In this document: positions 1 through 13,252 of the stretch, piece after piece
How the letters are laid out: every line of letters starts with the position of its first letter
Position numbering within the stretch: the stretch's first letter is position 1
Source of the DNA: Paramecium tetraurelia
Lineage: Eukaryota
Assembly (NCBI GenBank): GCA_000165425.1
Contig: CT868352.1
Coordinates: forward strand, 310,001-374,000
Direction of reading: 5' to 3'
DNA: 64,000 nucleotides
The notes under the pieces: generated by a model
What the model was told of the DNA's origin: nothing
What the model saw: only the letters and a program-made list of their open reading frames with translations
Database searches by the model: none
Program-made: the position numbers and the translations under genes

Positions 1-1887
1 TTTATTATTGAACTACTTTTTATTCTACTATTATTTCAGGTACTGGATCTGGATTCTCAGTTTATTCTGGAGTATTTGATAAATCCTAACTATTTTCCGA
101 TAATTGGTCATCTGATCTTTCTTCTGTTTTTGTTGTCACTATAACTAAGTCATCCGTCTATGTGTATTTATCTTCTTTAATGATGTGTTCTGATATTTAA
201 GTCTTAATTTATTCTACCTTATCACTCTGTATTTCATTTGGCCTACTGTGCTCACTTAGCTATTATATCAGATCTGATTATTCTAATATACTTGGAAAGA
301 CCTATAGATCTTCTAATTTATGAATTGAGTAAGACACTTGCTTTTAATTAAACTTTTTTTATGAATCTTATGATCCTTAGATACTGTTTTTTATTATATT
401 CAATTACAATTCTGAAATCCTTCTTTCTAATGTTGCAATTAGTTTCTCTTGAGATGAATTTACTTAACATTATTTATTCAGTTTATTTTTCAAATCTAAA
501 TTTTAAGTTTCATACATATTTTAAATTTCATTAAACTCTAACTTTTATTCTTAAATTGATTTGATTAACACTAGCAAATATTCTAAAGAAAATTAGAGCA
601 TTTATTAGTATTGTTGAGTCTTTATTTCTAATCCTAAAAATGTTGCTGCATTAGTGTATATTTCTTTGATTAATTAATGATAATTTTGAATAGTTAATTA
701 TTACTCCTAATTTTGCATTTTTAATTCAGAAATCTCTTACTGTAACTCACTTTAACGTTACTACTCTTTTTTATATTTTGAATCCCCATCCTTATATTAT
801 TAAAGTATTTTATTATATTCATATTATTAAGTATTAATTTTTTATTCTTAGTTTATTTACAGCTCTTTAAGTATTTCAACTTATTTTATTAATTGGCCAG
901 TAATTTTCTCATTTTCATCTTTATGTGTTTAAATGTAAGACTCTTTTAATTTATAATCTTCCAATAATTTATCAAAATTGTCTTTCAATTTTTCATAATC
1001 TTTTTCCCTTGAATTTGATAATTAATTTAACTAATCTATTTGTTCTTAAACATTCCTTTTATATATATCGAAATCATTTTAAATACATTTACACTTAATT
1101 TCCCAAGACTGAACATTCTCCTTAATTGTCTACTCTAATTCATTAGTTTTCTCACTCAACTTATTTTGCCAATAGACTTTCTAATCCGTCAACTTGGTAT
1201 CATAATGAATTGATTATTTTTTTAATAAATCATCCTTTAAATGTATTGTTTTGATTAAACTTGCTCTCCCAGTTTCTAATTCAACAATTTTTACATTGAG
1301 TTATTTGATTGTATTCTCCAAATTAAATATTTATTAATAGAAGTCGTCTTCAAGTTTAGAGAATTATGCTTTTACAACGTCAAGGGTTGTTTCTAACTCT
1401 TTTCTCTCCTCTTTTGCTTCTTACTTCATCTTATCATAAATTTCCTTATTGACTTTTTGAAGTTATTAGACTTATTGTCTCTAATTTGATAATTCAGATT
1501 CCAATTATAATATCCTTTGATCTTAGGCAGAGATTGTCTCTTTATAATATGTGATGTCTAATTCAATTTTATAAATTTTAGTACCTTCATTTAGTAATTC
1601 ACTTATGGTTATTAAATCTGCCAACTTTTTCAAGAGTTCTCTACTTTCACCCTTAACATTGATGTCCATGACTAACTATGAATACTCCTGACATCTTTTG
1701 AATGATATTTTGTATACCTTTAATCTATATAATATTTCATAGCTAACAGCTATTCCTTAAGTGAAGAACATTCTTCTGATGATATGTGGAATATCTTCTA
1801 TAAATGCTAAATGTTGTCCCTTAACTTTTATTGGAAATGTGTACTAATTTCTTTAATTTTTTCATTTTATAGTAGTTAATCTGCCAT
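1..1887 (-). CDS. Long coiled-coil protein (3' end runs off the window start)
   Basis: Code-6 frame from ATG GCA GAT TAA CTA (1887), with two short GT..AG introns near 1695-1717 and 1558-1584. Rich in Q/E/K/L heptads. Start could lie slightly further upstream. Confidence 0.65.
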
Positions 1888-2062
1888 CGTAATTATTAAT
1901 TATAAGAGTGTCTTATAATAATTTCCGAGATAAAATCTATGAAAGAGTTCATTCATCCGGATAATAGCATTAAAACTTGAAATTAAATCATCTCAAACAA
2001 CAAAGACATAGAAGGAAGGCCAGAAAAATATAGAACATTTTATTATAGCTACAGTTATGATG

Positions 2063-3937
2063 TCAATTTAAATTCATCAAACCACTTCTTGCTCTAACAC
2101 TTTAAATGATGATATTCTCTGAATACTATTTTGTTTAAAATGTTATAGGGTTTCTACTGATTTCTGAGGTTTTGTTGTTGTATACGAAATTTATCATGTA
2201 TTTAGATTCGATTTGAATGATATTGATATATTTAAGATATTGTTGAAAAATGTAACTTAATAAAGAATAATTGATCATTATATCATCCCTCTTTAAGGAT
2301 TTAATCTATTACAGGTTTTAATTCTCTTATATACTCTTCAATTACCTTTACATCCTATAACTATTGGACGAAGCTTAAAATATATTTTCCTTATGATTAT
2401 AACTTACTATTTAAAAGTGTTTGTACTAATTCCTAAAATTAGAATATAACCCTTACAAAGTCATTTTTTTGATCACAGGCAACAATTAATTTTAGTTGTA
2501 ATAATTTTTTTTAAACCTTCAATTTATCTTCTTTGTATTCTAGGCCATCCAACTAGATGAAAAATTCAACTAAGTAACGTTAAAAATGTCTATCAAACTA
2601 ATTCGATCTCTCTATGTATCTAAATTCTTCTTTCAATTGTTCAGAATAACAAAGCAACCTCTTCTTTTCTTCAATTTACTTTTAATACCAATTCCTATTC
2701 AAAATAAAAATAATTGTACTATACTATTCGCAAATAATCGTTTCTATACATTGACAGTAATATCAATTCACTTTTATAAAATTCAGAATCTGCTTTGTTT
2801 TATGCATTCTGTAATTCTACAATCTTTTCTTCAACAAGCTAAATTATGAGTTTGATAATCAAAAGTCCACTTTGATACAAGAATATTTATTCATCCATAA
2901 TTTGCAACAAGCATAAGTCTAATATTATTTGCTTAAAAAATTGATATTTTTCTTGCCAAGCATTAAAGTAGAATGATGAAATCACTTAAATTGAATGAGA
3001 ATCTGTTGATTTGTTGATTGAGTATTAGTAGAGACAAGAAGAGACCTATGACCAATCTGCTCTCTCCTAAGCATTTTCTTTAATCATTTTGAGAATTAAT
3101 TGTTTTAACATTTCACTAATTTCTAGAGTGCTCGTTTCAATTTTGGCTTTCAAATCAACATCCTTATCTTAGTTCGATAATAAGCCATATAGCATCTCAT
3201 AGAAGACAACGCCTAATGAATAAATATCTGCTTTGTAAGGTGAATAGTGTTGTTTTTTATCAACCTCTGGTGCTTTATAATATGAAGTGCCCACATATGA
3301 GCGTGTTGTAGTTAACATGTTCTCTATATATTTTGCCATATTAACATCGGTTATTTTGATCACTCCATCCTTTACTAATATATTTTCTGGCTTTATATCT
3401 CTATGACAATAGTTTATTTCATGGAGACTATAAAATAAATTTAAATGATAATACCATTTCTATCCTTCAACTATTTGTATTAATATTTCAACAGCTTCAG
3501 CTTCTGTTAATCTTTTGTTCTCTTTTTACTGGATATATTCTTTTAAATTTTCTAATAAAATAAGTAATTCTATTTTACAATCACATAGTTCTAAAACTAT
3601 GTTGTAGTGTTCTGCGGTTTCAAAGTGATCAAGGAGAGATATGACATTTTTATTTTTGCTTTTCTGACACTTCTACAAGATTTTAATCTCCAAATCATAT
3701 GATTCTTTTAATCTTTGCGCAGTCAAGTATTTTTCTAATTTTGCCTACTTTGATATTTATTTTAACGCAACATAATGATTAGTATCACAATTTTTGGCTT
3801 GGTAAACCTAGATTAACAAATTTAAGTACTGTGCACATCAACCCTACTCCCAGATATTTTTTATTGTTGCAAATATAATTGCCAATAACTTTAGCCTCAC
3901 ATTTTACATTACTTGAATCTTTGATTTGTAATTCCAT
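2063..3937 (-). CDS. Ser/Thr protein kinase with atypical DFG motif (DVN) and long C-terminal extension
   Basis: MELQIK..LGVGLMCTVYQA..VALK..HRDIKPEN..ITDVNMAK..YVGTSYYKAPE..ADIYSLG. The final code-6 frame is open to TGA at 2063-2065. Several short introns. Confidence 0.85.
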
Positions 3938-3983
3938 AATTTTCTATATATGAAGATAATAAAATATAAAAAATAAAATATTA

Positions 3984-4850
3984 TCAGGCCACAGACACAT
4001 TACGAACTTTAGAGGTTCGTTTATGTTCTACAGGAGTTAACTATCTTTTGAATTAAGGCAAAGTGACATTTAAATCGATCATTTTTTTGTTTATTATATA
4101 TTGAGGTCTTCTCTAACCTTGAGGAGCTGTCGTTGGCTTGACAGTCTGATTCAGATTACTGCTATTATCTATGGATTTTTCAGATACTTTTTTGATCTGA
4201 AATGATTTATCACATTATTTCATTTCCTTCTCTAAGTTTTCTGCCTATTATTATATTTTCTTTCTGTATTCATTTGCATCGAAATTATCAACGAACATGT
4301 GCTCTATTTAATTTATATTACACTACTTGTCAAGTCTCTGATTTATTGTTTCATCACTAGAGAATGTCGATTGATACTGTTAGTATTCATCTGTTTTTTA
4401 TAGACCTCTTGATGATCTTATTATTTTTATTCAATGGGTTTAGGTTCCTTCACGTTTACAACTTGAACATCTATCTTCTTTTTATGAGAGAATTTTCTAA
4501 TGATGGATTTATTGGTAGTGGTGTGATCGGAGAACGAAAAATTTTAATTCAATTCTCCTAAATCTATAGTTGGTTTATCTACAAGTTTGAGTGTCAATGC
4601 CTAAAATGAGTCTATGGTTGGTCTTATATTGTATTCCTGATCATCATATAAAATTGAAGAGTTCTAGCAATCAACTTGGTAAATATTGATAGCTGATCTT
4701 TCATTTATGTCACTATTACTTAATCTAATGCATAGATTCGCATTTCAAAAAAGACGGAATCTTCGCATCTATTTTATGTTCTCTTATCAATTTTCGGGCC
4801 TTATGTATTATTTGTCTGACTATATCATCCACTATAATTTCGGAAATCAT
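3984..4850 (-). CDS. Hypothetical protein
   Basis: ATG at 4850 (MISEIIVDDIVRQIIHKARK..), probable TGA at 3984. No recognisable domain. Confidence 0.55.
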
Positions 4851-4890
4851 ATGAGGTTGTATTAATTTAATATATATAAATAATAATTTA

Positions 4891-5709
4891 TCAAAATAAA
4901 TGGGCATCGTCCTTCACTTCTTAAAGGTAGGGATGGTCATAAATAATGTCTAGAGTAGTTCTAGTAGTTGAATCTGGCTAAAGAAATTGCTCCAGAAAGT
5001 TCTGTGTGATTAGATCTATTTATTATTTTGACAATTTTTAAACGAGTGCCCAATACTATTACCATTTTTTTTATTGAATCAATTTCCACAACTTGCAATT
5101 GGCACTCGGTTTAGTTGATTTGAAAGGCAAAAAACCCAAAATTAACTAGAATAAGGTAACTCCTAATGAAAACACATCACTCTTTATTAGTACTTGAGTA
5201 TTTATATTCTCACTATTGTGTCCTCCCAGGAGTGTTTCTTAGTGTAATTCAGGAGGCATATAATTGAGAGTGCCAACAGTTCTCTTAGCTGTACAATTGC
5301 TTAGAGGTTCTGCAAAGCCAAAATCACATAAAACCAATGCCCCTTCTTTGTCAATCAAAATATTCTCCAATTTGATATCTCTATGAACTACTTGGTTTTG
5401 ATGAACATAGTTTATGATTTTGATCAAAGTCTTACAAATTTCCTTTATCATTGGTGTGTTTAGTTTTTGAGATTGGAGTACTTCAAACAAATCATGTGTC
5501 TAAAGTCTTTCCAAAACCAAGTAGTTATCCGTGTAGGTAATGAGTTTTACAATGTGATTACTTTTAAGGAGTTCTAAAATTTGAACTTCCTTCATTCTGG
5601 ACTGTATAGAGTAGAATGATTTATATTCCTTGATTACATAATTGGGATCCTCGGTTAGGAACACATTAGACGAAGATCCTTCACTCAGTAGAGTGGTCTT
5701 GTTGTGCAT
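4891..5709 (-). CDS. Small intronless Ser/Thr protein kinase (~272 aa)
   Basis: Track ORFs 5500-5709 and 5239-5490 join through TAG=Gln. Motifs HRDIKLEN, DFG, GTLNYMPPE, DVFSLG. Span of 819 nt is a multiple of 3. Confidence 0.9.
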
Positions 5710-5783
5710 ATGCTTTTAAGAATGATTGATTTATAATTATAAAAGAATAAAAAGGGATATATATTTTATTCAGTTATAAATTA

Positions 5784-8079
5784 ATGGGTTAGGCAGATAG
5801 TAAATAAGAGAAGGACTTTTTAAGAAAGATTGACTCGTAGTATGAATTCCTGAAACACCTGAATGATGCAAGTTAATCACCATAATTATAAAGTAGGGTA
5901 CGGGGATGGTAAATTGTTCGGTAAGAAGAATGACAAGTCCCAAATGATTGTATTAAAGAACATTAGTGTTCCAGATGAAGCTAGTTATTAAGCTTGGAAG
6001 AATAAATTATAGATGAGACAATCTCTAAAACATAGTAATATTATTGAGTTGAAAGGTATGCATAACGAATCCTATGAATTAGAATCAATTTAATCAGAGG
6101 AAGAGCAAGTTTGCAGTACCTTTTATAAGGTGAACCTCGTATTTGAATACATCCCTCAGACTCTGAAGGACGCAATAGAGCAGAGGAAACAAGCAGGTGC
6201 CTATTACGGAGAATAAGAGATTTTATAAATGTTGAATGGAGCAATAGATGGATTGGCCAAATTACAAGAGTTTAAGATTGCCCATTAAAATCTGAGAGTG
6301 CAAACCTTATCCTATCTAAATGGAAATGTCAAAGTGAGTGACATCCCCTTATTAGCCAATATCACATCCTTTGCAGCTGTTTTACAAGATTATGGAGATG
6401 CATCTCAAGGCAACTATCTCTCTCCAATATTGACTAAGGCAGTCTATGAGAGCAACCATATGCCTCAACATAACTTATTCAAATCAGATGTGTACACTCT
6501 TGGAATGATATTCCTTTAAGTTTGTTTACTATAACCTTAGGATAATTGTTACGATTACTTTGAAGGGAAAATAAACATGCAATAATTGTTCACCAACATT
6601 GAATAAGCCAGAACCATTTACACAGCTGAATTAGTTGAAATTATAGAAGAAATGCTAGAACAGAGTGAAAATGATAGACCCGATTTTATCTAGTTGAGAA
6701 ACAAAAGAAAACAAATTATTCCCAAATAGGAACCACAATTTGCAGAGCAGAATTCTCCTTAATAGGATGAGGAATACTAGATGATGTTCTATAAGAATAA
6801 TGATAATTAATTTGAAGTCAATCAATCAGTCTAGCCCTCTTATCAGGATGAAGGACCAATTCCATTACTGGAAGACAATTATGATGAGTTACATCCCCCC
6901 TTAAAAGAACCAACACCAGCTAGTTACAATGACCATGATATATTGATTCACAACGCAGACATCACCAGAAATTCTATCTGTACAAATAATAATTTAGAAA
7001 TTAGCTCCTATGAAGTAAAACAATTCAATTGGGTAAATTCCAAAATCATAAATCTAAGAAATTCAAGTTCAACCAATCTCATTTGCTTAGAATACTAATA
7101 TCTTAAATCAAGACCTTTACAGAATTCCAGATCTACCAAAATAAAATATTAAATATGATTCTCAAATCAACACTAGTGTATACAAAGACTATGCACAACC
7201 TAAAAAATAAGATGCTTACACTCAATCAAGTCTTTTATTCAACAACAACAACGATTAGCAAAAATCCAATATCCAAATACAACAATATGTTACATCATAC
7301 TAACCTTAAAGAGAATCATTCAAAGCTACTGATTATATGGATAAATTCCACTTCTCATCACCCAATGACATCAAAGTATTTGAATAAACTCACCATATCG
7401 ATTATAATCAACCTAATAGAGAGTCTTATCAATATTACTCTGCCTAGCCATAAAGTAGATTTACGTCTGTCCAATAATAGCCATTAACATAATAATCAAA
7501 TTACACTCCTATATAGGCAGTATCCGCATATCTCCCAAAATAGAATATGTCAGCATATGTTAATGAGACCTATCCAAATGGATAAAGGTATGTTGGGGAG
7601 AAGATCAATGGCAAAAAAGAAGGCAGAGGAAGATTGTACTACAAAGAGGGAGGTTATTATGATGGAAACTGGAAGAATGACAGAATTAGTGGTCAAGGTA
7701 TAATATTAATATTTATTAAATAAAGGAGTCCTATATTATGCAAGTGGAAGACCTGCCTATGATGGAGAATGGGTCGATGACAAATTTTAAGGATAAGGTA
7801 TTTTATATAATGATACTCCTAAAATTGAAGAGATCAATTACAGAAATCTAGAAGATATTGGAAAGTAATTTATTTGTTTATCATTAAAGTGCTTGGACCA
7901 AATATGTTGGGTAATTTTATGATGATAATAAAAATGGATAAGGAACTCTCTATTTTTTGAATGGCGATCGTTTTGAAGGAAATTTTTAAGATGATAATGT
8001 CTAAGGATAAGGTAGATACATTTCAATTGGAGGATAAGTAATCTAAGGAATTTGGAACTTTAATCGTTTTGTGTAATGA
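5784..8079 (+). CDS. Pseudokinase-like N-terminal domain plus C-terminal MORN repeats, putative N-myristoylation
   Basis: MGQADSK start. Kinase-fold remnants HQNLRVQT, KVSDIP, YLSP, KSDVYTLG and RPDF. Repeats of the type YxGxWxNDxxxGxG from about 7560 to 8070. TGA at 8077-8079. Confidence 0.8.
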
Positions 8080-8120
8080 AATTCTATTTTTATATTAAGT
8101 GATATTTAAATTTTCATCAT

Positions 8121-9201
8121 TCATTTAAATACTTTCGTAAATTTATTCCATTCCCTTTTATTTTATGTACATCTATATGATTGTTAAGGAGATGTGTTCG
8201 AGTTGTTTTTATCTAAATTTTAAGTTCTTTAGGAATGAATTGTTATTTAATTATTAAGTTGATTGTATTGATTCTCTTAATTGCTATTGCAGGTGCTTCT
8301 TTGTGAATTTAATGGAGAAGAACTAGCTTTAATTGGATTTTCTTATTTCTTCTCATTAAACACAATAGCCTCTCTCAAATTTCTATTGGTTTAGACTAAT
8401 TATTTAATCTGTTGACTCTATGTTGAAACAATCTCATTCAATTCCTGTTCTGTTTACAGTAGTTTCTCTTGTAATGACTCAAACTATTTGTTGGCTACCA
8501 ATATCATATGTTTTAATTGCTAATTCTTTTATTGTAGATCCAATGAATTTAAACGTTCTTAATTGAGTTCACTCATATTTTGCTTGAGTTGCTACTGCAT
8601 CTTCTACAGAATAGATTGTTGTTCTGCTGTTTGATTATGCAATAAAGTGATTTCTTAATCAGCATCAATTAGAGTTTGCTTTAAACTATTTAAGAGATTC
8701 ATGGATTTTTCCATGCCTTAATAGCTCTATATATGCATAATCTAATTATTGCAATTTTATGTATACATAAATCATTTGCATTTTCTCCAAATAAGAGATG
8801 ATATAATTTTACTCTTTTGAGTCTCTTATTAAATTGCCAATTAATTTTATTGCCTCAAAGTAGCATTTCTGAAATCCTTCAAACATTATCTCCTTTTTAT
8901 CCAAAGGCTACTTTTATTGAAAACTATAATATTCCTCTTACTCCGTACTCATCACAACAGAGAGTTCATTTTTCAAGTTTGATGGCTTCACTTTCTATAG
9001 CAACCCAATAAATTGATCCAATTCAAGTTTCAAGTTCGAATCCTTTGCAATATCTTGCGATACCAATTTTTCCAATGATTCCATTGACTGATCTGATTAT
9101 AAGGTGGCTATTGATTGGTGAGATTGCTGGTTGGTCGATTTACTTATTGATTGATAATATTGTCTATCATCCTCGATGCACTGTAGTTATTCTAGAGACA
9201 T
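8121..9201 (-). CDS. Hypothetical coiled-coil protein
   Basis: ATG TCT CTA GAA (9201), Q/E-rich frame ending KVFK-TGA (8121). Intron positions uncertain. Confidence 0.55.
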
Positions 9202-9269
9202 TGTTAATTTAATATCTGTTAAATAATATTAATTAATAATTTAGTTACTATGTATACTAAATATATAAT

Positions 9270-9817
9270 TCAATCATACACTCTTCTAAAACCTACGTGA
9301 GTCTCCACCATATTGGTATCCAACTCAACCTTAGTAGTATTTCCATTCAGAAAATCTTTATCGCAATATAAACTTGAGATTTGCATATTTAGACTTCCAT
9401 AAACTGTTTACGTATCAATTTTTTATTTATTTAACTCACCGTTTTGTTTATTTATCTAGATATTGATTCGAATATACATCCGAGAGTAATGCTTTAGTGA
9501 TTTAATCCTCTTCTCTATATTAATTAGATTTCATTTTATGTAATTCTTCTCGTATAATATTCATATCATCTCTGCTAACCTTTAAATCATCCTTGATTTT
9601 GTTTAAGATATTCTATTTTTATATTAATACCCATTACAAATAACTTATCAATATGATCTTTCACATTCATTTACATTGAATTCTCAAAACTCTGTTGTAC
9701 TATTTCGAATTGATCCTGTGGTTTTTCTGTTTCTTAATTAGCATTCTTTGAATTTAGAGATGTTAGAGATTATTGATTTTACGATCCCATATGTAACCTC
9801 TTCCCATGTTTATGCAT
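9270..9817 (-). CDS. Hypothetical protein
   Basis: ATG CAT AAA CAT (9817), at least one short intron, ends ..GFRRVYD-TGA (9270). Confidence 0.55.
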
Positions 9818-10000
9818 AATATTATAATTTATTATATAAAATGCTTATAATATACATTATTTATAATAACAAATCAGTAATTACAATTTGATTGACATCT
9901 CAATATTGATTTATTAATAAATTGATGATACTCAGATAATGTTCAATATTAAAAATCAATATATATTTATATATTATTAATGGTATTGAAGTAAATTATA

Positions 10001-11535
10001 TCAACATTATTTTCTAATTGAATCATGTGGTCGCTGACCTGATGTTGAAAACTTACTTTTTCTTGTTTCCTTTCTTGAAAATACTTGAATAGGTTCTTCA
10101 GATTCACTTCCGTCATCGTTCTTTACTTGTACCAATTCTGAAAACTGCACTTTTTTGCCTATCAGTTTTTCTGATTGAGTTTTCTGATGAATCATCTTAA
10201 GAGATGTTGAACTGTTTCGATCTGTTTGTTTTCCTAAAATGAAGTCAATACTATCAAATCCAAAGTCTGTGGTTTCGGTTTTTATGTGTTTTTGAGAGTT
10301 ACTCAGATATTTATCAGGTAAACTAAATGGGTCAGAAAAGAAATCCCATTTTTTTAAGGATTCCTATCCGACCCTAGAGAGATTTAACTTATGTTCCTCT
10401 GCAAAGTAATTGGACAGTTGAGGCTAACTTGAGTTATGTTTATGACTTGATCTGACATAATATGGCTTTTAAGGAGTTTTGAATTCAGCAAAATAGGAAT
10501 CGAAATTCATTTAATTATTTTTATAACATCATATCCCTTATTGAAACTTAATTTTATTACTCGCACTCATGGCATTCTGAGCAATACTCGCTAATTAAAT
10601 TGAGCAATCCTGAATGTTCATTTCATTTATGTATTGTAAAACCTATTTAATAGTTGGTCTTTCTTTTGGATTCATTCTGAGCATATTTTCAACTAAGGGC
10701 TACAAATATTTAGGTAGAGTGGACAAGATCTTAGGCAATTTGGGTTGTTTCTCATTGACAAATTCCAAATACATGGGTAAGGATGAGACTCCTTTCCAAT
10801 TTGAATCCTAGGATATAAAGACAATTTTACATTCAAGCTTCCCAAGAGTTCAGCGATTTAGGACATGATCTCAATTTCTGATCTTCCATCAAATAAAATT
10901 TTGCCTGTTAATAATTCTATCAACGTGCAGCCTAGGGACCAAATATCAATTGACGCATCATATTCTTTTAAGCCAAAGAATAATTCTGGGGCCCTGTAAT
11001 TCTTGGTGCAAGTTTGAGGAGTCATCAAATCTCTTGCCTGAGTGGAAATGCCAAAGTCTCCTAACTTAACTTATCCTTCTGCTGTCACAAAGACATTGCT
11101 TGGCTTAATATCTCTATGAAGGATATTTTATTAATGTAGATAATTCAAAGCCTCGCAAAGCTCTCTGAATATATAGAGTTGGCAATCGCTAATGGAGAAT
11201 AATAGTTCATGAAGTGGTGCCATATATTCCATCGTTAAACACAGGTATTTTTTGTATTCAAATTTTTCTGTGAAAGCATCTAGGAAGTTGACAATATTGG
11301 GATGATGCAACGTACTCAAAAACTTGTATTCATTTAACTAAGTATGATCTTGAGGGTCAGAAGGCTATATTAGATTCGAATTTATGCTTACTTTTCTGTA
11401 ATACCTTTTCAAGACTATAGGGGTGTGTTTTTTATTGGGAGGATCATTTTCTGATCTTCTTTCGATCAAGTATACTTTACCTGCATATCCTTTGAATAGA
11501 CATTTGATTTTTGTATAACTCTGATTCTGCTACAT
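10001..11535 (-). CDS. CMGC/CDK-like protein kinase with C-terminal tail
   Basis: LHHPNIV, HRDIKPSN, GDFG, TKNYRAPELFFG, DIWSLGC. Ends ..IRKQC-TGA at 10001. Confidence 0.85.
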
Positions 11536-11905
11536 TTTATTTGATTTTAAATTTAATTATTTTCACAATTTGTTTCAATCTTTGCTCAAAAGGTATAAAA
11601 ATCACAATACTCTGCGATCATTACTTGTAAGTTGGGTCACTTTTATGATGGAATAATTGATTAACTAATATAAATTTCAATAAAATTTATTGTGTATTAA
11701 CTGAAATAACTGTCTAATTATTTATATTTTAGTTAATAATTTTAATATATGAATATTTATTCACAAAAATGTATTCAGTTTCATATGTTCTTTTAACTAA
11801 TCTATATAACAAAGTAAAAATTTGAATTCTTTTTATTTGCAATCTAATATTGCAAATGCTTAGATTAAATGAAAAAAAATTTAAAAATTTAGATATTATT
11901 TTTTA

Positions 11906-12477
11906 ATGGTTAATCTCCGCCTCTAAAAAAGATTGGCTTCCACATAATTAAAGGTTGGTATCAACAGAGTTTGGTTAGACCCAAATGAAGCAAGTGAAAT
12001 CAGTCTTGCAAATTCAAGAATGTCAATTAGAAAATTAATTAAAGATGGTTTGATTATGTAGAAGATTGAGAACAATTCACTCAAGAGCCAGAGCAAGAAG
12101 ATTCCTTGAAAGGCAAAGAGAAGAGGCAGACACACCGGTACTGGTAAGAGAAGAGGTACAAGAGAGGCAAGAATGCCAACTAAAGTTCTTTGGATCAGAA
12201 GACAAAGAGTTTTAAGAAGATTGCTCAGAAAATATAGAGCTGCAAAGAAAATCGACAGATAATAGTAAAAAATCATTAATAACTTAGATATCATGAATTT
12301 TATTTGGCTTCAAAAGGTAATCAATACAAAAACAAAAAAGTTCTTATCGAGGCAATTCATGAAACTAAATAAGAAAAAGTTAGAGTTGATAAAATCGAGA
12401 AGGAATAAAATGACAGAAGAGAAAAGAATAAGGCTCAAAGAACCAAGAAAACCTAAAACAAATTTGCTGCTGAATGA
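11906..12477 (+). pseudogene. RPL19: 60S ribosomal protein L19 (eL19), frameshifted as given (pseudogene or assembly error)
   Basis: [43 protein letters not shown]. 23-nt intron at 12265-12287. An extra base near 12059 and two extra bases near 12110-12117 give a premature TGA at 12107-12109. Confidence 0.85.
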
Positions 12478-12649
12478 TATTTACATATTTAGTACAATAA
12501 TCAATAAATTGTTATCATATTTATATAATGGATTGTATGGTGTTCTGGACATCGAAGATGGTCAAGTATATATAGTGTAGTCATTAATTAAATTAGGCGA
12601 TGATTCCTATTTTGTATATTAAAAAAAGATTTAAATTAATTTTTAGACA

Positions 12650-13201
12650 ATGGTAACTATAACAATTAAATAAAGGCTGACCCAAAACAATAACCTGTTC
12701 AATAACCAAAAGGCAAAAAGGGAAAGAAAACTGGAGAAGAAACTACTTAATAAGTTGTAGCTACTTTGGGACCAAATGTGGCTGGAAATGAATTAGTATT
12801 TGGAGTGGCTCACATCTTATCCACATGGAATGACACCTTTATTCACATCACCGATTTGACAGGCAGAGAAACATTAGCCAGAGTAACTGGTGGAATGAAA
12901 GTTAAATCAGACAGAGAAGAATCGTCTCCATATGCAGCCATGCAAGCAGCCAAAGATGTTTATGAGAAATTGAAAACACTCAAAATTAATGCTTTGCATA
13001 TTAAATTAAGAGCAAGAGGAGGTATCAAATAGTACTTATATACGTTTAGGTGTTGACACAAGATAACCAGGACCAGGTGCTTAAGCTGCATTGAGAGCAT
13101 TGGCTCGTCTTGGACTTAAAATTGGTAGAATTGAAGATGTTACTCCAATTCCCACTGACTCTACAAGAAGACCTGGCGGTAGAAGAGGAAGAAGATTATG
13201 A
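12650..13201 (+). CDS. RPS14: 40S ribosomal protein S14 (uS11)
   Basis: [56 protein letters not shown]. First coding exon is ATG only, second intron near 13022-13049. Confidence 0.97.
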
Positions 13202-13252
13202 AAAAGTAAAATACACACATACAGTAAATAATATGTACATATTAATTAAAAT

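Noticed and set aside
11645..11704. Possible C/D-box snoRNA (ATGATG..CTGA)
   Set aside because: Imperfect C box, extremely AT-rich interior and no recognisable rRNA guide.
12055..12120. Programmed frameshifting or a retained IES in RPL19
   Set aside because: The insertions are 1-2 nt, far below the ~26-bp minimum IES size, and AAA-stop +1 frameshifting is a Euplotes feature that does not match these sites.
11923..12294. 123-aa hydrophobic minus-strand ORF in the track
   Set aside because: Antisense shadow of RPL19. The same applies to track ORFs at 2586, 21602, 27622-28721, 42865, 43377, 47917, 58191 and 63654, which lie opposite real genes.
12525..12610. Slightly GC-richer spacer between RPL19 and RPS14
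   Set aside because: No tRNA or snoRNA features and no convincing ORF.
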